Assembly: GCA_000934665.2 (NCBI GenBank)
Contig: JYFJ02000716.1
Coordinates: forward strand, 62,001 to 113,883
DNA from: Catajapyx aquilonaris
Lineage: Eukaryota
DNA length: 51,883 nucleotides
Reading direction: 5' to 3'
Of this stretch, positions 1 through 12,313 are shown piece after piece (the stretch's first letter is position 1; the number at the start of each line of letters is the position of its first letter). Both the position numbers and the translations under genes were made by a program. A model generated the notes under the pieces. It was not told where the DNA came from. It searched no databases and saw only the letters and a program-made list of their open reading frames with translations.

Positions 1-61
1 ACACCCACGCTCTCGATATGTGGTGATCGTAATTGCATTAGGCAGGAATATCGCATAGCCT

Positions 62-1974
62 TCAGCTAATTACAAAAGGGGGTTAATGCACTGATTCCGC
101 AATTGGGTCCGAAATCTATGTGGTATACCATATGGCGCTGCATTATTATGCGAATGGTTTTGCGCTGCACCTACACAATATGGCTCTCGACTCTGTTTCA
201 TCCGAAAGTGTATTTTTCGTCTGGGGGGCATAATATAACCCCTGATATTTTACCAGCCGGTTAGGATTTTTTTGTTTCTATCCATGGGTGAACACCATGT
301 TTGCACCGTACAATTTCGAGTCTTCTAGCATCATACCTGAGTTGAAATGTAGCTTTTCAGCATGTGTTTGGATGGTGTTGTCAAAAAATCGTCATTATCT
401 GAGTCCGTCCAGGCTCGTAAACATGGGCTGGAAATAGTCCGCCGTATTCGCATTAAAGGCTTGTTTCCAAAGTCCTGAAATATTTTGAGTCGGAATTTTC
501 ATGTTTTAAAAACGGTTTTAATGTGGTTTAGGCTACCTGAAAGACCAGAACTTTGGAGGCGTGAGAAGCAGAGGGTGTGATTCGGTCTGTACGAAGGCGC
601 CTGGTTCGAGACGCCGACGCCTTTTCCCACAAGCTCAGCGATTGATCCACAGACTTCTTGAACGCAGCATCTCTCTGGAAAAAAGAAGGACCAAAAAAAA
701 AGGTGGTAATTAAGAAAAACTGCCTGGAAGCGAGAGGGAGGACTGTAATGAGAAACAAGTGTATATTATGCACCTCCGCTTGTAATCGCAGTCGCACTTT
801 GTCTTCCTTTTGACTAGTCGGAAGGTACAGTCCGTAAGAACAATTTTCAGAAACTCCGCTGCCGAAGCGGTTCACTCGTAGAACAGGATCCTCCTTTGGT
901 TGGACCCGCTTTTTCCTGTGGATTTTCTGCCAATATGAATGCGTGAGTGAACAATCCACACAGTCTCCATCTGAATACACCACACGGCAAGTGCGTACCA
1001 CTACACTGTTGTAGATGTGAATTTGAGCCATCGATGCACTCGGGTAAATGCCACCACTCAGGGAGTATCGTAGGCTGCTGTCCACCTGTCCAGGCTTGGC
1101 ATGCACGTTGTTTAGAGTCGTGTCCACTTTCTTTGACATTGCAAAGTAATCAGTGTGTTCAGTACATTCAGTAATTTTTTAAGAACCTACCTCACTCAGG
1201 ACGGACCCAGTGTATCTGGAACTCTCACCATCCCCGCCTCCGTACAGGTTGACAACTCTAACGATACCTGATTCCTTCGACACTTTGGTGGTCACAGGCC
1301 TCAAGATGTCCTGACTGCTACAGAACTTGACTCTTTTCCCTGACATCGTCACCCCAGACACTTGTTGAGACGGGCACAAGAAGCAGATTCGTTCCTTCCA
1401 CAGTTTCCACATACCCTTCATAAAATTGGTCTGCCGTTATTTTTTTAGCAACGGACAAACACTTGGTGTTATGTGTACCTCACGTCCGGTCAGTCCTCCA
1501 AGTTCGAAGTACATCAAGGCTTTGTTGCAGAAAGCGAGTTTGATGACACGTCTCTTGTCGCTGTGGACACTCATGGTCACCAAATGCAAAGGGACGATGC
1601 TGATCAATTCGAAGTTGGTCAGGGCCGGATCCAAGTGTGGCATTTGGAAGATGCACCATCCTTGGCGTTTTGGAGGTATGTAGTCAGTAGCTAATATTAT
1701 TCTCGAAGGAGTGACTCCTGTACGATTTTGAGCACAAACGACTCGTAATTATGACAATTACGTACTTGCCTTCACTTCAAAGTTGATATTTTCTAATTTT
1801 AAAAAAAAGTGTGCGAAAGAGAGAGAGAGAGAGAAACTTGCCTAAATGAACTTCTCGTATTCCTTGTCCATGCTTCGAGATTTGCGCAAAGGGGCTTTCA
1901 AGTAGAACCGTGTCTTGAAACTCAATGTACTCGGAAGACTTCAGAAGCCTCTGAATACGGTCGTCTTGGGCCAT
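62..1974 (-). CDS. Uncharacterised multi-exon protein; N-terminal globular (possibly PH-like) domain; 3' end uncertain
   Basis: Phase-consistent exons 1974-1842 (GC donor AG|GCAAGT), 1717-1479, 1430-1191, 1130-774, 674-537, 474-337, then 241 onward (stop at 146, or at 62 after one more intron). They give MAQDDRIQ...LLESPFAQ...EVHLGVTPSRIILATD...FELISIVPLHLVTMSV...KLAFCNKALMYFELGG...MWKLWKERICFL. The motifs resemble an uncharacterised insect family as I remember it (not verified). Confidence 0.7.
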
Positions 1975-2917
1975 GTTTGAGCCAACTATGTCAGGAATCC
2001 ATTCAAGTCTGCGGGGGGCAAAAAGCCCTCTTCAGAGAGGAGCTCCAACTTCAATTATTGTTAATTTGAAGCGCGTTTCCATGGAGAGGGATAGTTTATA
2101 TGATGTGAAAGAGAGAGAAGCCGGGAGGGGCGTATCCAAAGAGGATTTTGCTCCACAATCTTCCCAATTTCCTCTGAGGAAAATAGGAGCTCCGAACTAA
2201 TGTAGTCATCAGTAATTGTTGCGACAATGCTCTAGGGTGAATATTCCTGGGCGCAGTGCTGGATCGTTTTGTGTAGAGGTGTCATTTTGGGCCCTCCCGC
2301 TGCCTCGTTACTCGGAATAATCAGCATTAATTAAAGGGTGTGACGTGTTCGTTAGCACGGAGACATTCTATGCTGCTCATCCTTAATTATCTAAAACTTT
2401 ATCATTAAAATTCTATGCAGTAGGAAGATATTTTATACCCGTTTAAATCCCATTTTCGCTGTAACGGATACCAGTTCATAAATGACCAAAATACTGGGGG
2501 CAATAACTTGCAAAAGTTTCAATAATTGCACAATAATGTGATCAGGAGCTGTCATCATAATCATCAGGTACATCACTAATGAGGGTATCGCATGAGCATT
2601 TTTATTTCTATAAACATGTTCCATCAGGGGTTAGGGACGGACTTTTATGCATTGTTGGTGTGACACACGTAATGACATCGGGGGGAAATTTTATTTTTAG
2701 CACAGGAAATTGGCACGTGCTGTACGTACCTTTTTTGAGTGACATGATCATGTTATTGTCGTTGCTCCATCGCTGGGCCTTGTCACAACATCGTGATCAA
2801 TATTATTATCTTCATTACGTGGTTTTTTTTAACACACTGTGTTGTCGTTTCGCAGGACACCCAGTTTTTATTTATACAAAAGGACCGACCCTATGAGCGG
2901 AAGAAGAGAAAAAAAAA

Positions 2918-5801
2918 TTATGCATAGTATGCGAAATCCCCGTTAGCAACAAATGCACGGTACCCATCCAGATCGCTGGACTCGTACGAAATAGGGTCGT
3001 CGTACACCGGCGTGGATGACGATGCGTACTGGTACTGGTCCTGCAGGGCTGCTAGTGCTGGTACGTATGGTATGGCTATCTCCTGAGGGAAGTTGTTGCG
3101 TCTTCGAAAAGTGGCTGCGTCGAATCCAAGTGCGGAGTACTCTCCGTACGGCGACACGAACACGCGTTGTCCTGGTTCGTTGAATGGTGTTGCAGACGCA
3201 GGTGGTGGTGGAGGCGGCGGTGGAAGTGTCGAGAAGGTACCGATCAACGGAGACGGCGATGCGTACACTCCGCTAACTCCACTACCACTCAGTACATTGT
3301 TGTTGATGCCCTGACTGCTTGGGGACGAGTATTGTCCTGTGGTACCGCCGCCAACTAGGTTTGCGACACCTCCAAAGGCTCCAAGACCACCACCGTTCGG
3401 TGTAGGATTGCGACCACCTGATTGAATCGGAAAAAGTACTGACATGTACAGTACAGGACTGTAAATAAGAAGCCTTTGGTATATACAGGGTGTTACTGAC
3501 CTCCTGGTTGTTGGTATCCCGGATAAGGAGAGGCGGTGCTTCCGGACAATGGATCGAGTGAACTTGCGGATGAGAAGGACCCTGGAGATGAGAAGGACCC
3601 TGGAGATGAGAAGGAACCTGGAGAGGAGAAGGGTCCCACGGGTGACGGTGTGTTGTACGATCCGGATGAGGAGAATGGCCCGGAGGATCCGGACGATGAG
3701 AATGCTTGTCCTGACGATGAGAATGCTGGTCCTGATGAGCCGAAGTTGGGTTGGGAAGCGAAGGGACCCGGAGGCGGGTAACCTTCCAGACCCGGGTTTA
3801 CGGATACGGGTACACCAGGATGATGTGCAAATGACTGGGAAGCATGGCTCACTGCTCCTGGGCCTTGTTGCTGTAACTGGAGAAGTGTGTAAGACCAACA
3901 AGTAAAATGTGTATTCAGGACATGTGTACCTGGAAAGCATGGGAGAGAGGAGTGCGTTGGAGGCTGTACGTGGCCTGCACCAAACCACGGCTTCCAACTC
4001 CGAAGGGATAGACCACGTAGGCGTAATTCTCTGTACCGGCACCGGATACCACCAGAGGAAGGAGGATCAACAGCAGCACTTTCTGTCAGAGAGAGAGAAA
4101 AAATTTAACGGTGAAAAATTATCTGCCACAGAATTTGACTGTGTTTCTTTCATCAGCAACTATGTTACAGTACGGATCAGACACAAAACTGCATTTATTC
4201 TGGAAACGTTACAGGTCGAGGCACATCCTGGGAGAATGCCTTGAAGAATGTAATGAGGGGCGTGTCAGCTCAAGTTGACTCTCACCTAAAACAATGGATC
4301 CTTGAACAAAAAAAAATGTCACTTTAAAGTATGCCTGCCTGAGAATGCCACATGGTTTAATGACAAAATGACGAGGGCACCCGGTCTTTCATCGGACGAT
4401 CATTACGTGGATATTACCGTTAAATTCTCACAGTAGTTTTATTTATTCAAAGTAGTAGGCAGGATGTCATCGTTACTTTTTTTCAGTTTTACGTACCGTA
4501 TACTTTTCTATGGAGACACATGAAATAATTATATACACAACTCTTTTTAGACATGCAGGCCTCTTTGTACATTTTGACACCCAGTAGTATAATCGAATAT
4601 TTAATAAAGTCGCGATTTTTACGATGCATGGTTCGCAAATTTCACAGCCGTTCGTTGAAAACTGCTTTAGTTTCATTTCAATTTTCATTTGCATATAACC
4701 GTCCCCTCATTACCTCCATTATTTTTTGTTTTCTTTATGCACGTTTTAAAAACAGGTGTATACTTTATATTACACATACAGTGCGAATTGCTATTTGCCA
4801 CGGGCTGGGATATATCTTCTAGCTTAATGGCTGTTTTTACCAAGGGAAAAAGAATGTTCATTAGCGCCGTGTTTCCATTTCCAAAAGTGCATTCTGCACT
4901 TGCTTGCTTTACACCCTTTACTTTATTTGAGTACTTTTTGCGGTCTTCACATACCTGTTAACATGCACTAGTAAGCCTTACATATAAGTTTGTAAACTCT
5001 GTAATCTTTGTTCGTTTGTTATGCTAAACAGCTTTTTAAAATGAGTCTATATAGTTGGAACTGTGTAATTAAAATTGTCAAACAGTAGCATAAATTAGTT
5101 TTCTCGAGTCGTATTTTGCTCAGGGAAGTAAAATCTCACTTGCGTAAAAAAATATCCAGGAAATGTCTGAAAATGAGGTAAAATCCGAGAAGCGAGATGA
5201 CGTGCAACATGATATTACCAGTTTTTTTTAGGATTAGAAGAGATGATAAAGCCAGATAACGCTTACATGTATTAAAAGCTAAGCCTATTCTACGTGTTAT
5301 CATCAACCATCTGCTCGTACTCATGGAGGGTGACAGTTTTGTGCGAAGTAATAAACATTGAGCCGTAAATGCATTTTTAAACAAGTTGAATTTGACATGT
5401 GCAGCTAAAAAACCGATTGTTTTTATTAGACGACATAATGCATCAGATTTGAAGTCGCAAAACCACACAATGTTCCAAAAAACAGCAAATTACATCCCTG
5501 TTCAACTACTGTACATGCACTGTATAGTTTGTTGTAGTCAAGTAATTTGTTTTGTTGCCACTACACAAATGCAAGGTCCCAAAAAATGATCCAATAAAGT
5601 GCGTGCGCTATTGTATGCAACCTGGCAAACACATTACATAATAATTAACATAATCATGTACAAGACCATGGCATACATAATTATGAAGGTGATTAATTAA
5701 CAAGCAAGTAAATGTGCAGTACTATGTTACAATATATACTTCTAAACTCTCAAACACTGTTGCAATAATAGTGGTCGACTCACCTGTCCATAGTCGCCCA
5801 T
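2918..5801 (-). CDS. Secreted low-complexity Gly/Ser/Pro-rich protein (~348 aa), likely extracellular structural protein
   Basis: Exons 5801-5784 (MGDYGQ|gtgagt), 4082-3930, 3876-3501 and 3417-2918 are all GT-AG and phase-compatible. Signal peptide KVLLLILLPLVVSG, FSSSG/FSSPGS repeats, poly-Pro, Tyr-rich C-terminus (...GDFAYYA*). Confidence 0.75.
3565..3740. repeat. Coding tandem repeats (18-bp and 21-bp units)
   Basis: GATGAGAAGGACCCTGGA x3-4 and GACGATGAGAATGCTTGTCCT-like units. On the minus strand they encode SPGSFS and SGPAFSS repeats. Confidence 0.85.
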
Positions 5802-6762
5802 TGATAACACCTGAAGAGGAGTCCTACTCTGCTGATGAATAGAATGCTACTAACTATTTAAAAAGCATATAATTTTGTAGATTCCTCCGGTTGTCATATG
5901 AGCAAGCAGGGCCTTGGGGATGGGAAAAACCGTGGTTTAGCAGGCAAGGACCTCGCGTGTCTTCACTTCCTATGCCTTCCTGGTCGCATCACAATGCCAA
6001 TATGCCAAGAGAATCCTCGGAAGAAAATGGAAAAAAAAGAAGCTAGTAATCTGCTGACAGGCGTCACCCGCTGCTTAACTCGTGCAGCGAGGTTGGGAAA
6101 CGTGTATAAAGTCAAGACGTAATACGAGTTTGAAGAAGAAAAAAAAAGTGGCGTAATTAGAAGAAAAAAAGTACTGGATGTAAGAAATTGCTCAGGGCTG
6201 ATGTGAGTTACTGTAGAGTAATGCGTGCTTCAAGGGTGCTGTTGGGCGATGCCACAACTGATAACAAAATTTCAAGGCGTCATCTAATAGCTTGAAGCCA
6301 ACTTCATACCAACCAATTTGCATACTATGAATCCAAATGAGCCAAAAATTACCTGGTGATATTAAAATTTGACACTGCTGCGCACAATGCAACAAATATT
6401 CAAGATCTTCCTGTCACTTTTCGCAATGATTTTCATCATTTTAGTAAAATATCATGGCATCTGCAGAAACCGGTAGTGTCTGATGTGTTTGGCGAAAAAA
6501 ATGTGGACGTGCGACCTTATAGAGGACGTTGCTGCCATTAACATGCACTCTCATTACAAACTGCTAATTAGGTTTTTTATTATTATTTGACGTTTGTTGT
6601 GTAAATTAAGACGGAATTATTCGGCTTCCGCAAGGTGTAGTGTACGCCATATGTCATTACGTCTTTCAACAACAGACCTGCCACTCTCATTTCCATGGCT
6701 ATACATTTGGCCAACTATCTATCTGTTAATAATGAAAAGAACACATCAAATTCCTGGTAGAA

Positions 6763-7063
6763 ATGGCTGAACTGGAAAGCATCGATATGCCCGATACTAC
6801 TCGATTCATAAGGTTAATTTTTGCTCTAGGCGTGGACTTGGCCTTTCTCCTGCTAATCGTATGCATACTGATATTTTTGAACTTCATACTGTTCCTGCTA
6901 ATCAGGCAACTCCGAATGTCAATCCGGCGGGAACAGGTATAAAGATACTTCATTAAGGCAAGTAATGCAAAGTTTCCATAACTTTCCTAACATGCACAAG
7001 TTCCAGCAGGAGACCCGAATTCGCAGGGAGATGCTTCGAGAACTGCCTTTCTACGAAGTTTAA
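6763..7063 (+). CDS. Spliced single-pass membrane microprotein (~76 aa)
   Basis: gaaATGG start. Exon 6763-6936, then a 70-nt GT-AG intron with a CTAAC branch-like site and CAGCAG acceptor, then exon 7007-7063. Protein: MAELESIDMPDTTRFIRLIFALGVDLAFLLLIVCILIFLNFILFLLIRQLRMSIRREQQETRIRREMLRELPFYEV*. Confidence 0.6.
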
Positions 7064-7965
7064 TGGAATCCGCAGTTCACGTTTATGCATCCTGAGATAT
7101 ACTTTTTACAGGTCAGTTTTTGTCCCTTATGTTTAGAACGGAATGGTGTCGTTAAAATATCAACAATAAGCAAATATTTCGCTGTAAAATTATTGGACGC
7201 ACATACTGCCATTAAAATGACAATTTTGTGTGCCTTGTTTAGTATTTATTTAATATATCAAAACAGAGAACTTTCGAGCACAATCTGTAAATAAATTATT
7301 TGTTGCCGGAAGCGCATTTTAATTACATGTAATGTTTTGCAGCAGCCAGCAATTATTCATCACGAATGCACAAATCAACACATACGGTATGAATTAAACA
7401 AGCAATTTTTGTCAACATGTTTAAAAATAATTTTTACAGTATCACCCCCTATGATGAGCATATGATAAAAAAATATTTCAATAGTTCTGAACCAAACTCA
7501 ATCAGTATGATTGTAAGTTGACGTTGCAAGAAATAATTGGCATTATTCATAAAATAACTATTATTATAAAAAGAGAAGTTTATACAGTATAATAATTACT
7601 AATAATACTACCGGTACTAATTTAGATGCCGTACTGTACAACATTTCTGTTTTTTTTCTCGTTAAATTTTGGATCACAATGTAAAATCCATTGCTGATTC
7701 CCATCCCATACAAGCCTGGATTGAGTGAGAAAAAATTTAATTACCCGAAAAATAGCCTGCTTCTCATGCTGGTTTATAGATTGCAGCCTGGATCAATCAA
7801 GCCCTCAGCTTACAGGCCCGACTATCCCCACAACTGCCAATAGCAATATATCCGAGCCTTTATGCCACTTTTTGAAGCCCCTTTTGTAATTCAATCCCCC
7901 ATGCATTAACATATACGCCGATTTATTTTTATTTTTTTTCTTCTAAATTACAATACTGATCGCAA

Positions 7966-8895
7966 TCACTCTTCATTCACGCTGCAGGTGTCCTCTTCCG
8001 ATTTCTGCTCGTCGGTCAAGACTAAATACACGGCCATGTGTTGGGGCAACGAGGACTCCTCATCAGGCGTATCACTCTGCACTTCCTTGAGCAAATTATT
8101 CCAGCGTTGATACAATTGGTTCAATCGTTCCGTCGACGGGTGAGTCTCCTGATCCTCATTTGCTTGATTATGAACATTGTGTCCCATCTCACAGGCTTTC
8201 AACTGGTTCGCTTCCAGAGCAATCAAGCCCATTTCTCGCACGACTTCTTGCATATCCCTTGGGACATCCGCATTCTCTTCAGCCATGTGCTGATGGTGAT
8301 GCTCAGGACGATTCAGTACGTTGTTATTCAGATGACCTGTCTGAGGATTCATCGTGACCAGATATATCGCTTGCTGTAATGAGATAATTGCCGGTTATGA
8401 TGCTGTTAATACATTTTATGGCCCATGTGTAGTTTACCTGTAGAGTTAAATAAGGGTACGGTGGTCCTGCTACATCGTAATTCTGAAGCTGCTCTGCTGG
8501 AGCATCGCCTCCTCCATTATTATTAATTACAGGCTGCTCTTCATCATTATCGGAATTCTAGCAAATACGTAACAATATTAGTGATTCATGCCCTATTATA
8601 CCACTGAATTGTTGGGAGAGCACTACCTGTCCGTACATAGATCCGTAATATATGCATATAGTTGCCACGATGGACATTACAATGACGAGGCCGACCAGGA
8701 AGCAAAATATCACAAAAGGTGCTGCACCATTGGCTACGGAAAAGTCAATCGCCTGACGAGGCTCGAGAGTGGTTTCAAATTCCTCTGTAACAAAATGAGA
8801 ATCAGAATATTGAGAACAAAATGATCAAATCGGTAAAAACATTGCACAGAAAGTAACTGGCCTGATATTGAAAAGTTGGCTGCGTCGAAGGACAT
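7966..8895 (-). CDS. Orphan single-pass membrane protein (~239 aa; start exon tentative)
   Basis: Exons 8784-8627, 8557-8438 and 8373-7966 join in frame via GT-AG introns. TM segment PFVIFCFLVGLVIVMSIVATICIYY is followed by an acidic tail. The putative first exon 8895-8862 (MSFDAANFSIS) needs a GC donor (AG|GCCAGT). Confidence 0.65.
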
Positions 8896-9609
8896 GCTGC
8901 TTTTAAATTATTTTGGAAAAAAATATTTTGCGTGCACTTTCATTTCCAAGGTTACCACATTTCTCATTGTTGGCTCCTAGATCGTCCTGGCCACTGAAGG
9001 AATAATGGACGCGCGTTTATCATCTCCAGTATGAAAAAACGACGCTTTTTCCCCATGATGGCCATGTTTTTTTCATAGTGGTAGGCTTCTAGACATCATG
9101 ATCTGTCATATAGGAAATATGAGTCCTGGTTGAATTCGGTTGGAGCATCGGAGGAGACAAATTTCTGCATGCTCTTTCAGTATATACGACTTCTGTTCAA
9201 GTCGTTTGTCTTTGGCACAAGCTGACTGCTGGTTGCGGTGTATTAGTTGATTACTACTACTACTTGAATATGATTATCCTTGTTCATGACTCTTGATGAC
9301 ATTTGAATGGATTGATGCCTGGTCCGATCCGACCACAAAATAACGCGATATCAATTTGCAACAACACAATGTGCATCATCAGTTTCCGATGAAGTATGTT
9401 GACTCCTCCAATTTCGAGAAGAACACGTGTGTCACTGGCATTCCCACAAGTACGCAGCCTGCGCGTACCATACTACACCCGGGGGTCCAAAGATCGCCAT
9501 GTAACACCAAAGCAATATTATCACTCCTACATCCTTTGAGCCAGCAAAATGTCTAGGCGAAAATAGAGCCCAGCAAAGGCCCAGTCAGAGGGAAGTTGTG
9601 AGTGTGAGT

Positions 9610-9640
<31 letters not shown>
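9610..9640. repeat. (CAG)10 microsatellite
   Basis: Direct reading; no supported coding frame around it. Confidence 0.95.
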
Positions 9641-9643
<3 letters not shown>

Positions 9644-10225
9644 TCAATCAGAGGAATGGAAACACTCAACAAGAGAGGGCCTCAGTGACCATTTGCAGTT
9701 AGGCCCACCGCATATACAGTACGAGGCAAGTCTTTGCAATGGCTCCGATTTATCTCACAGACTGCTGAAGAGAGAGAGGAAAAAAATTAACCCCATTTTA
9801 TACCCGGAACGGATAAGTGAATGGTTCGATTAAAAAAAGGATCACTAGTGACAACATTTGGGCACACTTCAGCATCAGGTCAGTAAGTCGGTGCAACAGT
9901 GACCTTCTCGGTGCTAAGTAATCAGAGGCAATAAGATAGCGTACCAACCTCACTAGTACAGTAGTAGAGGGCCAATGAACGTGGAGCAAGAGGAAGTGAT
10001 CGTTAGGCATTGATCTGATTGAAATGCAGGCGTGCCTTATATATACCATGCCAATATTTGCACGGCTTTAAATTAAACAATGTAGGGCCGCATACTTTTG
10101 ATATCAGTTATTGCTTTCCAATAAACGTCATCAGTCACAGTGTTAGCTCGTGAGGCTTTTTTTTACGAGTTGTCTAGATGTTGACATATACGTGCAGGGA
10201 TGATGTTCATTGAATTGTGTTGTGA

Positions 10226-10244
10226 GTGTGTGTGTGTGTGTGTG
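10226..10244. repeat. (GT)n microsatellite
   Basis: Direct reading. Confidence 0.9.
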
Positions 10245-11823
10245 GCTCGTCCTTGGCGAATGCGAGCAGTGCTCAGCATCCTTGAAATTAAGAAAAGTGC
10301 CGAGGCATTACGCGCAGCATCCTTTGTAAACAGTAGCTTCAGAAACGCAAAATAACATTTTGATTAAAGCTATACCAAGAAATAACATGCGATAATTAAT
10401 TTTCAGCAACCGTAGAGCTGTATATATACGTATAGGCAGAAACCGAGGCTTTCAGACTTATTGCCACGCTTCTCCTTGAAACGAAATGTGCTCTCTCGCA
10501 GAAGAGCTTTCTACATTCGCAAGTAAAGCCTTAACTGCATTGCATAAGTTACAAGCCAAGTTCAGAGTTACATGCTTTGTATACTGTTCCACGTTCCATC
10601 CCTTTTGATATCGCCAACTTTGTGCGCACATGTCTTGCAATTTGAGATCTGCACTTCGAGACCCATACCATCTGTTCTGTTCCGGACTTCAACCCGGATA
10701 TACAGTGCAGATTTCATGCAACAATTAAAGAGATAGAAGGTGCCAAAAATTGCAATGACATCCAACAATGGGGTTTTCTTCCTGGTATTCTGAATAAGGA
10801 AAAGATCAGATATATTATTTCTGATGGCAAAGGAATGAAAAATGTGCCAAATTATTTTTGCACACTGATCTTATATGGATGCGAATAAGCCTGCAACCAA
10901 AATGAATAAAACGAGCGCACACTCTGTTTGCAGTGCAGTTTTAAAACTGGCACTACTCCAAGGTCATTTTCTAGCTAATTAATTTTGTCGGGAAATACAC
11001 GTATAGCGATATCTCTCATTTTGCTCCATGAAGTCACTGCCCTGCAACAATTATATTGCAAGTAGCAAAATTGCACGTACAATAATAATTGACACTCTCG
11101 CTTCTGCCTGCAATAGTGGTAAGGAGTTTGTAATAATATGAGAAGCAAGGAGTATATCTGGACTGACTAGCAGTTAGTGTATAGAGTCGTCAACATCCGG
11201 ACTGTAGCTGCCGGGGATAAGATTTCTTCCAAGAAACAGTGTTGTCGTTTGGAAACACATTTTGATGTGCTGCTTGCATGGGGACGGCCTGCACAGCAGT
11301 GCACAGAGGTCAGGGTAATTATTGGAAATGGATTGGCATGTAGGCAAAATAAAACGCACGTGGCTTGTGCGTCACGCTTGATCGTGGAAAGCACGCTAAA
11401 TTTCCTCCTTCAACAGAAATATTAACCTATAGAAAACACTTTCTCAACCGTTTCTAGCGATTAAATTTCTGCATATGAATATAAAACCAGAGTTGGTCAC
11501 ATGTTGACAGATACAGCTGAGGAAACGTTGCACTCGGACAGTAAGTTTTTTGACCACCACTTTTTAAGCCGTTTGTACGAGTATATATAGCTATACTTTT
11601 GGCTAACGATCTGAAGGACTGTATAGTGTGTGTGTGTGCATCGTGTGACAAAAGAGTTTCATCCTTCAGGGGAGATTATACGTAAGGGCGACTGCCTTAT
11701 CTGTAAAGGCGAAATTGGATAGTTGGCAAGGGAAGTAGTCTTTGTTCGTGTTTATATACTTCTTGACTCTGACAAATATCCGGTGGTTCCTGCAGATTCC
11801 CCGAATATTTTATCGCCTTACAG

Positions 11824-11873
11824 TACAAGGTGGTACACTATATCCAACACTCTGGAGTATTGCACCACCCTGT
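11824..11873. mobile_element. Very short Tc1/mariner-type MITE remnant
   Basis: TA|CAAGGTGGT...ACCACCCTG|TA. Related TACAGGGTG/CACCCTGTA ends recur at ~16497, 23310-23358 and ~23998. Confidence 0.5.
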
Positions 11874-12128
11874 ATATACGAACGCAATGAAATATGTTAT
11901 ACACAAGAAGGCGTTAATCAATAATATTATCGCGAATTCATAAAAGTGTCATCGTTCACTGTGGAATGGGGGGCCATCATCGCCTTCGTTGGATAAAAAG
12001 GTGCAATGCGGCGTACACAAATCCGGCGCCTTCTTATCAAGATAGATTGAGTCAGTCTTGACTCTTGGGAAATACGACTCATTTCCTTCTTTCTAAATAT
12101 TTGCTGCTTGAAAACTGAAACGATATAA

Positions 12129-12313
12129 TGGTCATTCCAGCTCAACTCGTGCTCAACTGACAGTGAGTCAAAGTGTTGCTCGACCATCTCCAATTTTGCT
12201 GAAAATATTCTACTGGCGCAAATATATACATCACTAATTTTTGGAGGCCCAAATTCTTGGAAATGTGACCGATGTAAATCCAGGCACGTTACTCAGTTGA
12301 GCTGGAATGACCC
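12129..12313. mobile_element. MITE with 17-bp TIRs and 4-bp TSD (Sola-like)
   Basis: ATAA|tGGTCATTCCAGCTCAAC ... GTTGAGCTGGAATGACCc|ATAA. A 4-bp TSD and GGG-type end fit the Sola superfamily (inference). Confidence 0.7.

Noticed and set aside
3536..3905. Plus-strand ORFs with DEKDPG / MRRTLE repeats
   Set aside because: Antisense shadows of the coding repeats on the minus strand.
2918..4042. 374-aa single-exon ORF from the track
   Set aside because: Its N-terminal half is an off-frame reading across introns. Only 3417-2918 is in the frame of the spliced model.
9610..9640. Poly-Gln coding exon
   Set aside because: No open, splice-consistent frame around the CAG run.
11927..12193. 88-aa ORF as a gene
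   Set aside because: It crosses a MITE boundary, has no recognisable motif, and has no supporting exon chain.
12234..12270. Sm-site-like AATTTTTGG (snRNA)
   Set aside because: It sits inside a TIR-bounded MITE, with no recognisable U snRNA sequence upstream.
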